The notes under the pieces were generated by a model. It was given only the letters and a program-made list of their open reading frames with translations. It made no database searches and had not been told where the DNA came from. A program made the position numbers and the translations under genes. From assembly GCF_009914755.1 (NCBI RefSeq), contig NC_060927.1: 64,000 nucleotides of DNA; one strand, 5' to 3'. This DNA comes from the human T2T-CHM13v2.0 reference genome, Homo sapiens. Of this stretch, positions 46,816 to 58,400 are shown one piece after another. The first letter of the stretch is position 1. Each line of letters opens with the position of its first letter.

Positions 46816-49503
46816 AAGAATCATCTGTTATTCAGAATATAGTGCCCTAAGTAAGGGTTTTGTTTGTTTGTTTGTAATGTGTCAGTGTGAGCCCTTTCAA
46901 TAGAAAGACCCTTTTCTTAAACTCTGGAAAATTTTCCTGTAATTTTTATTTAATAAATTCGTCTTTATTACCATCCAAGTAATCTACTTTTCTTATGTTA
47001 TCTCTGTAACTTTTAAAAATCAGATAAAATCAGCGTCTTACTGTTTTATTCGCATATGCTTCATTTCTTGTTCTTTTTTTCTTCTAAATATTCTTTTAAA
47101 AAACTTTTCAGCTCTTTTACTGAATATTTGACTTTAGTTCTTGTTCTTGGACTTTTTTTTAATCTTCCTAAGTTTAGATGCTGTGTTTTTCAAATATTGT
47201 TGATAATACAAATCACAATTTATGATCTGTGTGCTTATCTGTTTGCTAAAGTTCCTTACTCTTCATGATTTCAGTATATGAGTTTGAGTTGATTATCTCA
47301 GTTTTTCTCTTTGATACTGCAATCTCGTAAGATATTGGAGGCTCTTGGATATCCATTTATTTTTATTTTATGGCAACATAAAAGCTGGACTCAATTACTG
47401 TGTATTGAGGCATGACTTGTGGACTTTTTTAAGAGAATTCTTCAGTCGAGTTACTGATTGATTTATTGATTATTGTTTGATGATAAAGTGCCAATCTATC
47501 TGCCCAGAGTGGTGCTTGAGCAAGAGAAACTTGCAGCTGGTCTATATGGACATTCAATCTATTCATTGTTTCAGCTAGCCTTCTGACTTGAACTTGCTTG
47601 TCTGGGGGTCTTGCCTTCATCAGGGTTCTGGAAGTCAAAGACTTTCTCATTGCAGATTTTATTTTGTCACTTTGTCTTCGATTCATCAGGCTCCACTTCT
47701 CACCTGATTTATATCATCTAAACACTTTTTATTGCTGCGAGTTGGTCTTTTAACTCTTTACTGAACTTTTATGATATCATAGGAAAGGAGATGAATGAAT
47801 GTGCTCAGATCATAACCCTGGAGTAGATTGTCATTAGAAGGTGGATGGTCTTTACCATATTTTCATCTCTTAAAAAGTGTAATTTTATTCAGGCACTTTA
47901 GTGAAGAGGAACTAGAAATAAAATTCAGTTATTCTAGCCCTTATGATTAAGAAAAATTTTGTTGAAATGTGATAATTCATTCCCTATTTCATTTTAGTTA
48001 TTTTGTCATTGTCCATGGTCAAGTTTTCAAAATAATACACTGTTCTTTAATCACATCTTTAAAGTAATAGTAAAGTTGCAAGCTTAAAGACATCCTTGAA
48101 AAATGTCTAAGAGCAAGGGAGAGGTTTGGGCTAAAGACAATGTAGTTCAAAATTTAGAAGATCTATCATACTAACATTCCACCAAACGAAATAAAAACTA
48201 ATAACCTTGCAAATGAGTGAAGATATCTTTTTCTATTAGATATACATTAAGCAAGGAAAAGTTGAGTGAAATTTAAATGCATTTTATCATTGCTAAAACA
48301 ATAAAATTACCTGATCATGCAGTCATTAGCAGCTTTGAGAAGTTTGCTGTGAATTAATTCATCTCTGTTGGGAAATAATTGCAAAAGTTTCTAACTTTTA
48401 AGGTATGCTGACACAGAAAATTTTACTTTATAAAGCACACTATTCAAAATTGGACTATGGTCAGCATAACTAATAAAACAAAAAGGCCATACTTTTTTAC
48501 TCAAGGGTCAGGTCATTATTGTCCTCAGTTCTAAAAAATTTGTTTAAACTTTTATATCAAATGTAGTATCACATGTTGAGAACAAGGGTTATTTCACTTC
48601 AAAAATTTATTTTGGTGGAGTTAATGAATCCACTAAGAGGTTTGGACTAAAGACAATGTAGTTCAAATTTAGATCCTTCTAACCTTTTAACAGTAGTAAT
48701 TTTTGTAGTGGCCTTCTGTAAAAATATTGTTCTCAGCTGCTTTTTTAACATTTTTAATGTGTAGACATGGTTACTTCATGGAAAATAAAGTTTGTGCAAA
48801 ATTTGTATATTTTCATTTATAAGTTGTCTTTATCATAATAGCTTCTAATTATATTTAGTGTGGAGGTGATATAATTTTACATTATCTCTTTCCTATTCAT
48901 GTTATTGTTTTATATTTTAAGTGTAACTTCAGAACAGTGAAGTGATGGACTTCATAGAACATCACAGGAGTAGTAAAGATTGTTTTCTAATCTACAAATA
49001 TTTGTCTTTTTTAACAGAATCTAAATTTATTGGAGATGACAAGTACCCTGTTAAAATCCTGTATTCTGTAGCACTAATTGAAGAAACAACTGAAGCTACA
49101 GTTACCATCTTAAAATTGACCTTAAGGGAAAGGACACAGACTTATAGTGACATCAACCCAGAAATCTTTGGGTTGCTACTTTAGATTAAGACTGCCTGCT
49201 TTCATTCTTGTTGTTACTTGAAAAAAATAAACCTCAATCTTGTTCAAGTCACTATTATTTGAGATTTCTCTTGCCACTTTTAAAAGGTGCCCCAGGAGAA
49301 TCATGTGAAGCTCAGGTTGAGAAACCATCCCTCCAAGTGTTCCATTTGGTCTATCCACTACAGGCATGGTGACTTGGCTAAAATAATTAGTCCCACTTCA
49401 GAAATTAACTTTATAAATATAATATATACTTTTTGTAACTCAAGTTCTGGAAATGACTAAATGTCCCTTGTATGATTCTTTTAAATGTGATATTTTTCAA
49501 TAG

Positions 49504-49836
<333 letters not shown>

Positions 49837-51661
49837 AGGTTATAATTTTTAAAGTTAAAATAATAAGGAGTAGTGTCCTGAAATTATCTTGTAATACTTC
49901 CTCACTATCAGGTATTGACAACGAAAATATTTCCATTCCAATTGAAAAATGGTATGTGCATATACGTGTTTATAAATAAACATTATGAAAAGACAAATGT
50001 AATGTTGTGTAAAAATAAATGAACTCATGGATATAAAGTATCCCTTTAATCTCGTGTTATGTTTATTAATTTCAAATGAAACAAAGCAGTGGCCATAATA
50101 TCATTCATTGTGTCCTATGTAAGAAGTCATATGATAAATTTTCCTTAGAATTTAGCATATAAAGAGTTTGATATACTTTATAACACCCTATCCCTAAATG
50201 CCACAAGCCAGACACAGAAGCCATGCAAAAGTGACTATCACACACAGGTACAGAGTACCACCAAGCAGAAAGGGGTTAATACTGCAGAGAGAGCCCCAAA
50301 GTACAGCTTGAGGAACACAGGGAGTCATCCCAAGACCTTCACTTGGCTGCCATGGAAACAGCAAACACTATAAGCTTTGCTTCATTCAGTCTTCCGAAAT
50401 GAAACGTTAATAGGGAAGACTCACTAACACTTGTGGTGAACACGGTTAGCAAGGATGCAATGTGTCTCCTGGGCTGTAGGACTCCGTCTGCTTCAGCTGA
50501 ACTCTCAGAAATTACAGATGAGAGAGATATATGCATATGCACATACATATACACATATCTGTATGCACACAGATGTATTTAAATGAAGGTGCATACACTG
50601 GGCTAAAATACAAACAACAGAAATCAAAGGTCATATAATAAAAGGCTAAATATAACACAGGCCTAGAACTAGCTCCTGGTTGGGAGCTGGGGAAAGGTAC
50701 ACAATTTGTGGTGGGCTGGGAAAACTATGTACACAATTAGTGGTGGGCAGGGAAGGCATCAGTGTAGAGAACTCAGACTCACTTCACAATACTGGCCCAC
50801 AGGAATGTGTGATGTTATCTCATGTACATAAATAGACTCTAACCTTGCTTTTGTGCAAACCAAGCTTGGTAGGCACCCAGGAGGACCGTGGGTTTGTCTT
50901 GATGACAGGGCACTGCACCACACTGCTGCTAAACCTTCCAGCCCTAGGAACTCACCTGCTACCATCCCCTTACACTCCCTTTTAGGCCCTTGGGCTTTTT
51001 CCCATCCAACACCTAGAGCCTGAGGCCTGCCAAACTACCTAGCTTCACATGACTAATTGCAGTGACTAACTTCATGGCTTCCTGCAAGCAAGGTCCTTCT
51101 GTATCTGTCTCTTTCTCTGACCCCAATATGAAAACATTTCTGTAAATGTCTGGCACCTAATAAACATGATGGTTGTGGACAATGTCACAAGTACACAGGA
51201 AGACCCAGTAACAAGACATGCAAGGTGAGGGCAAGGGGCGCTGAGCTGCTCTAGCATTTCAAAACCAGGACTGTAGCTTTCCATACATTCAGCGGGGTAG
51301 GAGAAGGGATGTGCAGAGCTGATGACTTCACTGGCTCCTCAGCAGCATGTACATTCAAATTGAAGATGTCTTGAGAGCCCCACTATACCCAAATCGTGAG
51401 TCTGGTCACTCCTCTAGCAGAGCTTGGTGCAGTGACAGCTAGAAAAGCTGAGTTCCAATTGAGTCTGTTGCACCAGAGTTCTTTTGAAGATGCTCAGCAA
51501 AGTAATTATTTTCTTTTGAGCAGATGTACAGCACATCCATGAGAAGGCCAAGTAAAGGATGCTCTCCAGCCCAGTCAAATGATCCAATCCCCCTACTATC
51601 TCAGACCCCTCTGAGTTTCTTCCTATGGCCGCCCTCACTGTACAGAAATAGCGGAGCAGCA

Positions 51662-52609
51662 TCAGGGTGAGTCATCAATGGTGGGCAGCCAGAAGACCAT
51701 GCTGGAACACGCACTGGCAAAAGTCATGAACTTGGGGTTGAACTGCAAACAGGTAATTGGGCCGGTGTGTTTACCATCCAACACAGCTACTTTTATACCA
51801 CTCTCTCCATTCCAGACATGGATCTTGCCATCCTCTGAACCAATCATAATAAACTGAGAATCTGGAGTAAATGAAGCCTCCAGTGTGACAGCTTTGCTGT
51901 TGGCATAACCCTCAAACGTGTGCATCACCACTCCTTTGAAAGCATCAATGAGGGAAATGAAGCTGCCGTTGGTGGAAATGAGGATGACCTTGCCATCGTT
52001 GCTGAATTTAAGTCCTGTCCACTCACAAGTTCGATTACACTGCATCCTAAAGGTAGTAAATGGCCCTTTATCAAAAGAACGAAGGTCGTAAAGTTTGACC
52101 ATCTCAGAGTTGACACCTGCAGCCAAAATTAACCCTTCTGGATCAAAAGAACAAACTGGCTTCCCCTGTAGACTCATGAGGCCCTGGCAGTTAGGAGCCC
52201 GGAGATCCCAGAGTCGAATGGTCTTATCAAGAGACCCAGAAATGAAAATGTCATCCACAGGTGACATGGACAAGGCCACCACTCTTTTGCTATGTCCAGG
52301 AAAGTATCTGATGTATTTGTTGTCATGCAAGGACAAGTAACGAATAGTATCGTCTATTTTGTTAGAGCTGTAAACAGCTGTGTTTGCCTCATGAGTGTAT
52401 CTGATGAGGTCCACGCCATATTTCTTACTGTACAGGGTTCTCTTTGGTTTGCCCTCCTGGCAGTCATATAGCACGATGGAGTCGTCGTTGCTGCTTGAGA
52501 TGACCGTCTGGCCGTTGGGGCTGAAATCGAAGCAGTTAATCTTGTCCGAGTTTTCGCAAAACACCCTGGCGACGCGGAAGCTCCGCAACACGCTGTCGGT
52601 CAGCTTCAT
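51662..52609 (-). CDS. WDR82: Intact WDR82-like (Swd2/COMPASS, PNUTS-PP1 subunit) WD40 protein, 315 aa
   Basis: [14 protein letters not shown]...[13 protein letters not shown]...FWLPTIDD(SP)*; ATG at 52609 in GCCGCCATG Kozak context; no frameshift or premature stop; expression unproven. Confidence 0.7.
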   Translation of the reverse strand: MKLTDSVLRSFRVARVFCENSDKINCFDFSPNGQTVISSSNDDSIVLYDCQEGKPKRTLYSKKYGVDLIRYTHEANTAVYSSNKIDDTIRYLSLHDNKYIRYFPGHSKRVVALSMSPVDDIFISGSLDKTIRLWDLRAPNCQGLMSLQGKPVCSFDPEGLILAAGVNSEMVKLYDLRSFDKGPFTTFRMQCNRTCEWTGLKFSNDGKVILISTNGSFISLIDAFKGVVMHTFEGYANSKAVTLEASFTPDSQFIMIGSEDGKIHVWNGESGIKVAVLDGKHTGPITCLQFNPKFMTFASACSSMVFWLPTIDDSP

Positions 52610-52910
52610 GGCGGCGGGTGGGGAAGGCAGCCGGGACTGGCAGCGGGCGGGCTGCTGAGGGGCCAACCCCTGGTGGCGGCGGTGTTGAGCCGGTGGCTAG
52701 CGAGAAGTCGGCCGGCAGTGGGGCCGCCTCCTTTTCTTCCTCCTGCTTGGACGACTGTCTTCCGCCTCAACTGTGGAGCCTCGCCGACCGTTAGTCCTCA
52801 CAGACACCTCAGGGGCAACCGACGCAGCGCCACCTCATCGTGTCCGCCATCTTGGGGCGACGGCCAGAAGTCCAGGGCTAGGAGCCTCAGCCGGCGGACG
52901 CCAGGAAACA
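52473..52910. promoter_or_regulatory. CpG island with YY1-type motif (CCGCCATCTT, 52844-52853)
   Basis: ~41 CpGs counted by hand in ~430 bp, against CpG-depleted surroundings. Confidence 0.75.
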
Positions 52911-54542
52911 GGTAGGGATAGATATTTTCATTGAATATGAAACGCAGGATTGGAAGGGATTTTTTTTTCCCTAATGGAAATTTTAGGATTTTTAATTTTT
53001 TTCATGTATTTTCTGTTGAAATTCATCTCTCTTATTATTGCTGTTTTGAAGGTAATGCTTCTTATCTTGCTCATTCAGGTAGAATTTTTTGTTCTTTGTT
53101 TTCTGAAGTCTTCCTATGATATGTCTGTGTGAATTGAAAATTATTAGAAATCATTTTTCCTAGATTTCGCAGAGATTTTTGTGTATTTGACTTGGCGAAG
53201 TCTTTTTTCTCTTCTTTGCTTCTAGGATTTCAGTTACCATAATAATATTGGATCTTTGCGGTATGTCTTTTACACTTTTCATCTTTCTGTGCTTCAATTT
53301 GGGTATTTTTTTCTGTCTCATCTTCCAGTTTATTTATTCTCTTCTTTTTGGTGATATCTACTGAGTCACTAATATATCTTAATTATATTTTTCCAATTCT
53401 AGAATTTTTATTTAACTTTTTATAGATTTTATTTAACTCTTTATAGATCAATATTGATATTTTATATTTGTAATTGAATATATATAGAAAATATAAATGC
53501 AATTTACATTAATATTATATATGCGAATATAAATATCTATCATCTACATATCTTTAATGACAGAAGAGTGCATTAGTATCTGGTTTAGTGATTTAAATAT
53601 TTAATAAAAATTAAGTAAGATAATCTTTCATGGTATCTTCTAGAAGTCTACTACATCAAGATAAGCACTAAACCAACATTTGTATTCCCTTAGTACATGT
53701 AGATTTTACCCTTACCTGAGAATTGTAAACTACAATCAAGTGTGATATAATTGTATATGTGTTTGTAACACACCTTTACTATAACCAAAAACTTTGAATG
53801 TGAAAACCATTATTTCAAACTACAGCATTTATTGATATTTTATTAAACTTACTATTTATTTTTGCTATCCGAGAGCAATTTAAAATTAAGAGAAGCAGCA
53901 ATGGACATGTATTATTGAGAATTTCAAATCTAAGATATCATTTTTCTTTTAAGCACAAGCAATCTATATAGTTACTATATTTGAAGTCGTACTCTGACCA
54001 ACCTCAATTTCAAATTTGTAGCTAGCTGACCCAAAATAATGATATTGGTCTGGCGACTTCATGCCTTATGGGACTTGTGGAGAAAAAAAAAAAAACATAA
54101 TCGATCTTCTTTCATGAGATGTTGAGCCCTGTAGGCTTCCTTCAAAGGAGTTCTTTGTCCTCATGTAGAAAGAGTAAAGGAAAGGAAGAAGGAAAGAAAG
54201 AGCCCAACTGGGTTTTAATACAGAGTCTGTGAAAGTGATTCAGTGAGGCAGAAAGCTTCATTGCGAGTTTATGATACAGGTCCAGTTACAGGCAACAAAG
54301 AGAAAGTAAATTCCAAAAATCTTTTCAAAAAAGTAGATTTAAAAACAACAATGATAACGCTGGAAAGCCAGATCAAATCAAGAGTTGTAACCCCCAAAAT
54401 TAACAAATCTAGAGAAGTGAAAAAAAAAATTCCTGTGCTAAATTAGTTTCATTAAATGGCCATCAATTCATGTTAACTTCCTATGGTGGTAACACTATCA
54501 AAAATGTTTTTTCCTATTTCCTTTGTTTCTGGTAACACTATT

Positions 54543-54549
54543 ATCTATC

Positions 54550-54592
<43 letters not shown>

Positions 54593-54607
54593 GTCATCTA
54601 TCTATCT
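54543..54607. repeat. (TCTA)n tetranucleotide STR
   Basis: Direct inspection. Confidence 0.92.
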
Positions 54608-54849
54608 GTATTTGGAAAATATATTTTTAGTATAATATTTAGGCTTCAAAGCATAAAAGCCTAATGTTCAAGTTAGACAAAAATAATGAACTTTTTTTTA
54701 AAGAAATGAAGACCCATGTACCTAATATACCCTGCAGTTGTTTGTGTGTGTTGATGGGAGGTTGCATGTGTATGAATGCTTGTGCATTGTGCATGTGCAT
54801 GCTTTTCTATGTGTGAATGTGCTTTTATTATGTGTGCACACACCAAATA

Positions 54850-54851
<2 letters not shown>

Positions 54852-54880
<29 letters not shown>
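54852..54880. repeat. (TG)n microsatellite
   Basis: Direct inspection. Confidence 0.9.
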
Positions 54881-55480
54881 ATATTTTGGCTTACAATATA
54901 TTAACCTATAGCATAATAATGTTAACCTATAAAATTCATGGCCCTTCACATAAAAATCTGGATTTTCAACTTCGCTTAGAAGAGAGAAATATGGGAAAAT
55001 ACCAGGCCAACAATTTGCTATGGAAATAGTTTGCTGGAGCTCCGCTCTCTTTAGACTGTGTACATTCCTTTGCCATAGTACTTATTTCTCTTATTATCTG
55101 CCAGATTGAGATGTTTGTTAACTTTTGTGGAAGCTTGGATTATTTAATTGTAAATTTAGGAGAAAGATTTTTCTTCATGCGTCTATGAAAATATGAAAAA
55201 AAAGGCTAGTGGTCTGTGCACTTTAGATAAATGGTAGTAAGCACTGTTCTTAGTAGAAGTGAAGAATATTTATTCCTTTTTATATTCAAGGTGTGTTGTT
55301 GTGAAAAGAGTAAAGACACTGTTTAAAAAATAAGTCACATTAAGATACATGCCAGAAATTAGAATTTTTAAATGACTAAAGAAGGAAAAAGAGCAACCAG
55401 AAATAAAAGTGGCAAGCCAGCATGTTTTATTTTAGATGTTGTGCTGCATATAAGCCCTTCTCTTTGAACACCCATATCTT

Positions 55481-58400
55481 TTTAAAAATTATTTTTGTTT
55501 TTCTTTATTTCTTCTAAAAAAAAACCAAAATGGGATATATATACATAATATGCAGGGTTGTTACATAGGTATACATGTGCCGTGGTGGTTTGCTGCACCT
55601 ATTGACTCGTCCTCTAAGTTCCCTCCCCTCTCTCCTCACCCCCCAACAGGCCCTAGTGTCTTTAGTTTCGCTCTCTGTGTCCATGTATTCTCACTGGTCA
55701 ACTACCTATTACGAGTGAGAACATGCAGTGTTTGGTTTTCTGTTCCTATGTTAGTTTGTGGAGGATGATGGCATCTAGCTTCATTCGTGTCCCTACGAAG
55801 GACGTGATCTAATTCTTTTTATGGCTGCATAGTATTCCACGATGTATAGGTACCACATTTTCTTCATCCAGTCTATCACTGATGGGCATTTGAGCTGGTT
55901 CCATTTCTTTGCTATTGTAAACAGTGCTGCAATAAACAAATGTGTGCATGTGTCTTTATAGTAGAATGATTTATAATCCTTTGGGTATATACCCAGTAAT
56001 GGGATTGCTGGGTCAAATGGTTCTGGTTCTAGATCCTTGAGGAATTGCTATACTGTCTCCCACAATGGTTGAACTAATTTACATTCCCATGAACAGTGTA
56101 AAAGAGTTCCTATTTCTCCACAGCCTTGCCAGCATCTATTGTTTCCCAACATTTTAATAATCACCATTCTGACTGGCATGAGATCATATCTCATTGTGGT
56201 TTTGATTTGCAGTTCTCTGTTGATCAGTAACGTTGAGCTTCTTTTCATATCTCTGTTGGCCACATAAATGTCTTCTTTTGAGAAGTGTTCATATCCTTTG
56301 CCCACTTTTTGATGGGGTTGTTTGTTTTTTTTTCTCATAAATTTGTTTAAGTTCCTTGTAAATTCTGGATACTAGATGCTTGTCAGATGGGGGTAGATTG
56401 CAAAAATTTTATCCCATTCTGTAGGTTGCCTGCTCACTCTAATGATAGTTTCTTTTGCTGTGCAGAAGCTCTTTAGTTTAATTAGATCCCATTTGTCAAT
56501 TTTGGCTTGTGTTGCAATTGCTTTTGGCATTTTTGTCGTGAAGTCTTTGCCTATGCCTACATCCTGAATGGTATTGCCTAGGTTTTCTTCTAGGGTTTTT
56601 ATGGTTTTGGGTTTTACATTTAAGTCTTTAATCTATCTTGAATTAATTTTTGTATAAGATATGATGCAGTGGTCCAGTTTCAATTTTCTGCATTTTTCTA
56701 GCTAGTTTTCCCAGCACCATTTACTGAATAGGAGATCCTTTCCCCATTGCTTGTTTTTTTTCAGGTTTTTTGAAGATCAGATGGTTGTAGATGTGTGGTA
56801 TTTCTGAGGTCTCTGTTTTGTTCCATTGGTCTATATGTCTTTTTTGGTGCCAGTACCATGCTGTTTTGGTTACCATAGTCTTGTAGTATAGTTTGAAGTC
56901 ACGTAGTGTGATGCCTCCAGCTTTGTTCTTTTTGCTTAGGATTGTTTTGGCTATACCGGGACTTCTTTGATTCCATATGAAATTTAGAATAGTTTTTCCT
57001 GTTTCTGCAAAGAATGCCAATGGTAGTTCAATGGGAATAGCATTGAATCTGTAAATTACTTTGGGCAGTATGGCCATTTTCAGGTATTGATTCTTCCTAT
57101 CCATGAGCATGGGATGTTTTTCCATTTGTTTGTATCCTCTCTTATTCCTTGGGCATTGGTTTGTAGTTCTCCTTGAAGAGGTCCTTCACATCCCTTGTTA
57201 CCTGTATTCTTAGGAATTTTATTCTCTTTGTAACGATTATGAATGGGAGTTCCTTCATGATTTGGCTCTCTGCTTGTCTACGGTTGGTGTAAAGGAATGC
57301 TTATGATTTTTGCACATTGATTTTGTATCCAGAGACTTTGCTGAAGTTGCTTATCAGCTTAAGGAGTTTTGGGCTGAGATGATGGGGTTTTCTAAATATA
57401 GAATCATGTCGTCTGCAAAGAGAGACAATTTGATTTCCTCTCTTTCTATTTGAATGCCCTTTACTTCTTTCTCTTGCCTGATTTCCCTGGCCAGAACTTC
57501 CAATACTATGTTGAATAGAATTGGTGAGAGAGGGCATCCTTGTTTGGTACTGGTTTTCAAAGGGAATGCTTCCAGCTTTTGCCCATTCAATATGATATTG
57601 GCTGTGAGTTAGTCATAAATAGCTCTTATTATTTTGAGATATGTTCCATCAATACCTAGTTTATTGAGAGTTTTTAACATGAAGGGATGTTGAATTTTAT
57701 GAAAGGCCTTTTCTGCATCTATTGAGATAATCATGTGGTTTTTGTCATTGGTTCTGTTTATGTGATGGATTACATTTATTGATTTGCACATGTTCAACCA
57801 GTCTTGCATCCCAGGGATGAAGCCAACTTGATTGTGGTGGATAAGTTTTTTGTTGTGCTGCTGGATTCAGTTTGCCAGTATTTTACTGAGGATTTTCACA
57901 TCGATGTTCATCAGGGATATCGTCCTGAAGTTGTCATTTTTTGTTGTATCTCTTCCTGGTTTTGGTATCAGGATGATGCTGGCCTCATAAAATGAGTCAG
58001 TGAAGAGTCCCCACTTTTCAATTTTTTGGAATACTTTCAGAAAGAATGATATGAGCTCCTCTTTGTACCACTGATCAAATTCATTGGAGAATCTATCTGG
58101 TCCCGAGGTTTTTTTGTTTGGTAGGCTATTAATTACTGCTCCAATTTCAGAACTTGCTATTGATCTATTCAGGGATTCAACTTCTTCCTGCTTTAGCCTT
58201 GCGAGGGTGTATGTGTCCAGGAATTTATCTCTTTCTTCTTAATTTTCTAGTTTATTTTCATGGAGCTATTTATAGTATTCTTGATAGTAGTTTGTTTTTC
58301 TGTGGGGTCAGTAGTGATACCCTCTATCATTTTTTATTGAGCCTGACTCTTCTCTCTTTTCTTCTTTATTGGTCTAGCTAGTGGTCTATTTTGTTAATTG

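Larger units (their letters stand above)
50185..52910 (-). pseudogene. WDR82P1: Processed (intronless) WDR82 retrocopy: ~300-nt 5'UTR, CDS, ~1.5-kb partial 3'UTR; probably WDR82P1
   Basis: Intronless WDR82 CDS flanked by GC-richer UTR-like sequence in an AT-rich context; left boundary from composition change and recalled WDR82 3'UTR. Confidence 0.8.

Noticed and set aside
51414-51662. 82-aa ORF overlapping the WDR82 stop (TGATG)
   Set aside because: Lies in the 3'UTR with no recognisable domain; stop-start coupling is not expected in a mammalian mRNA
52610-52666. 19-aa N-terminal extension of the WDR82 ORF in the ORF track
   Set aside because: Starts at TTG in the 5'UTR; the real start is the Kozak ATG at 52609
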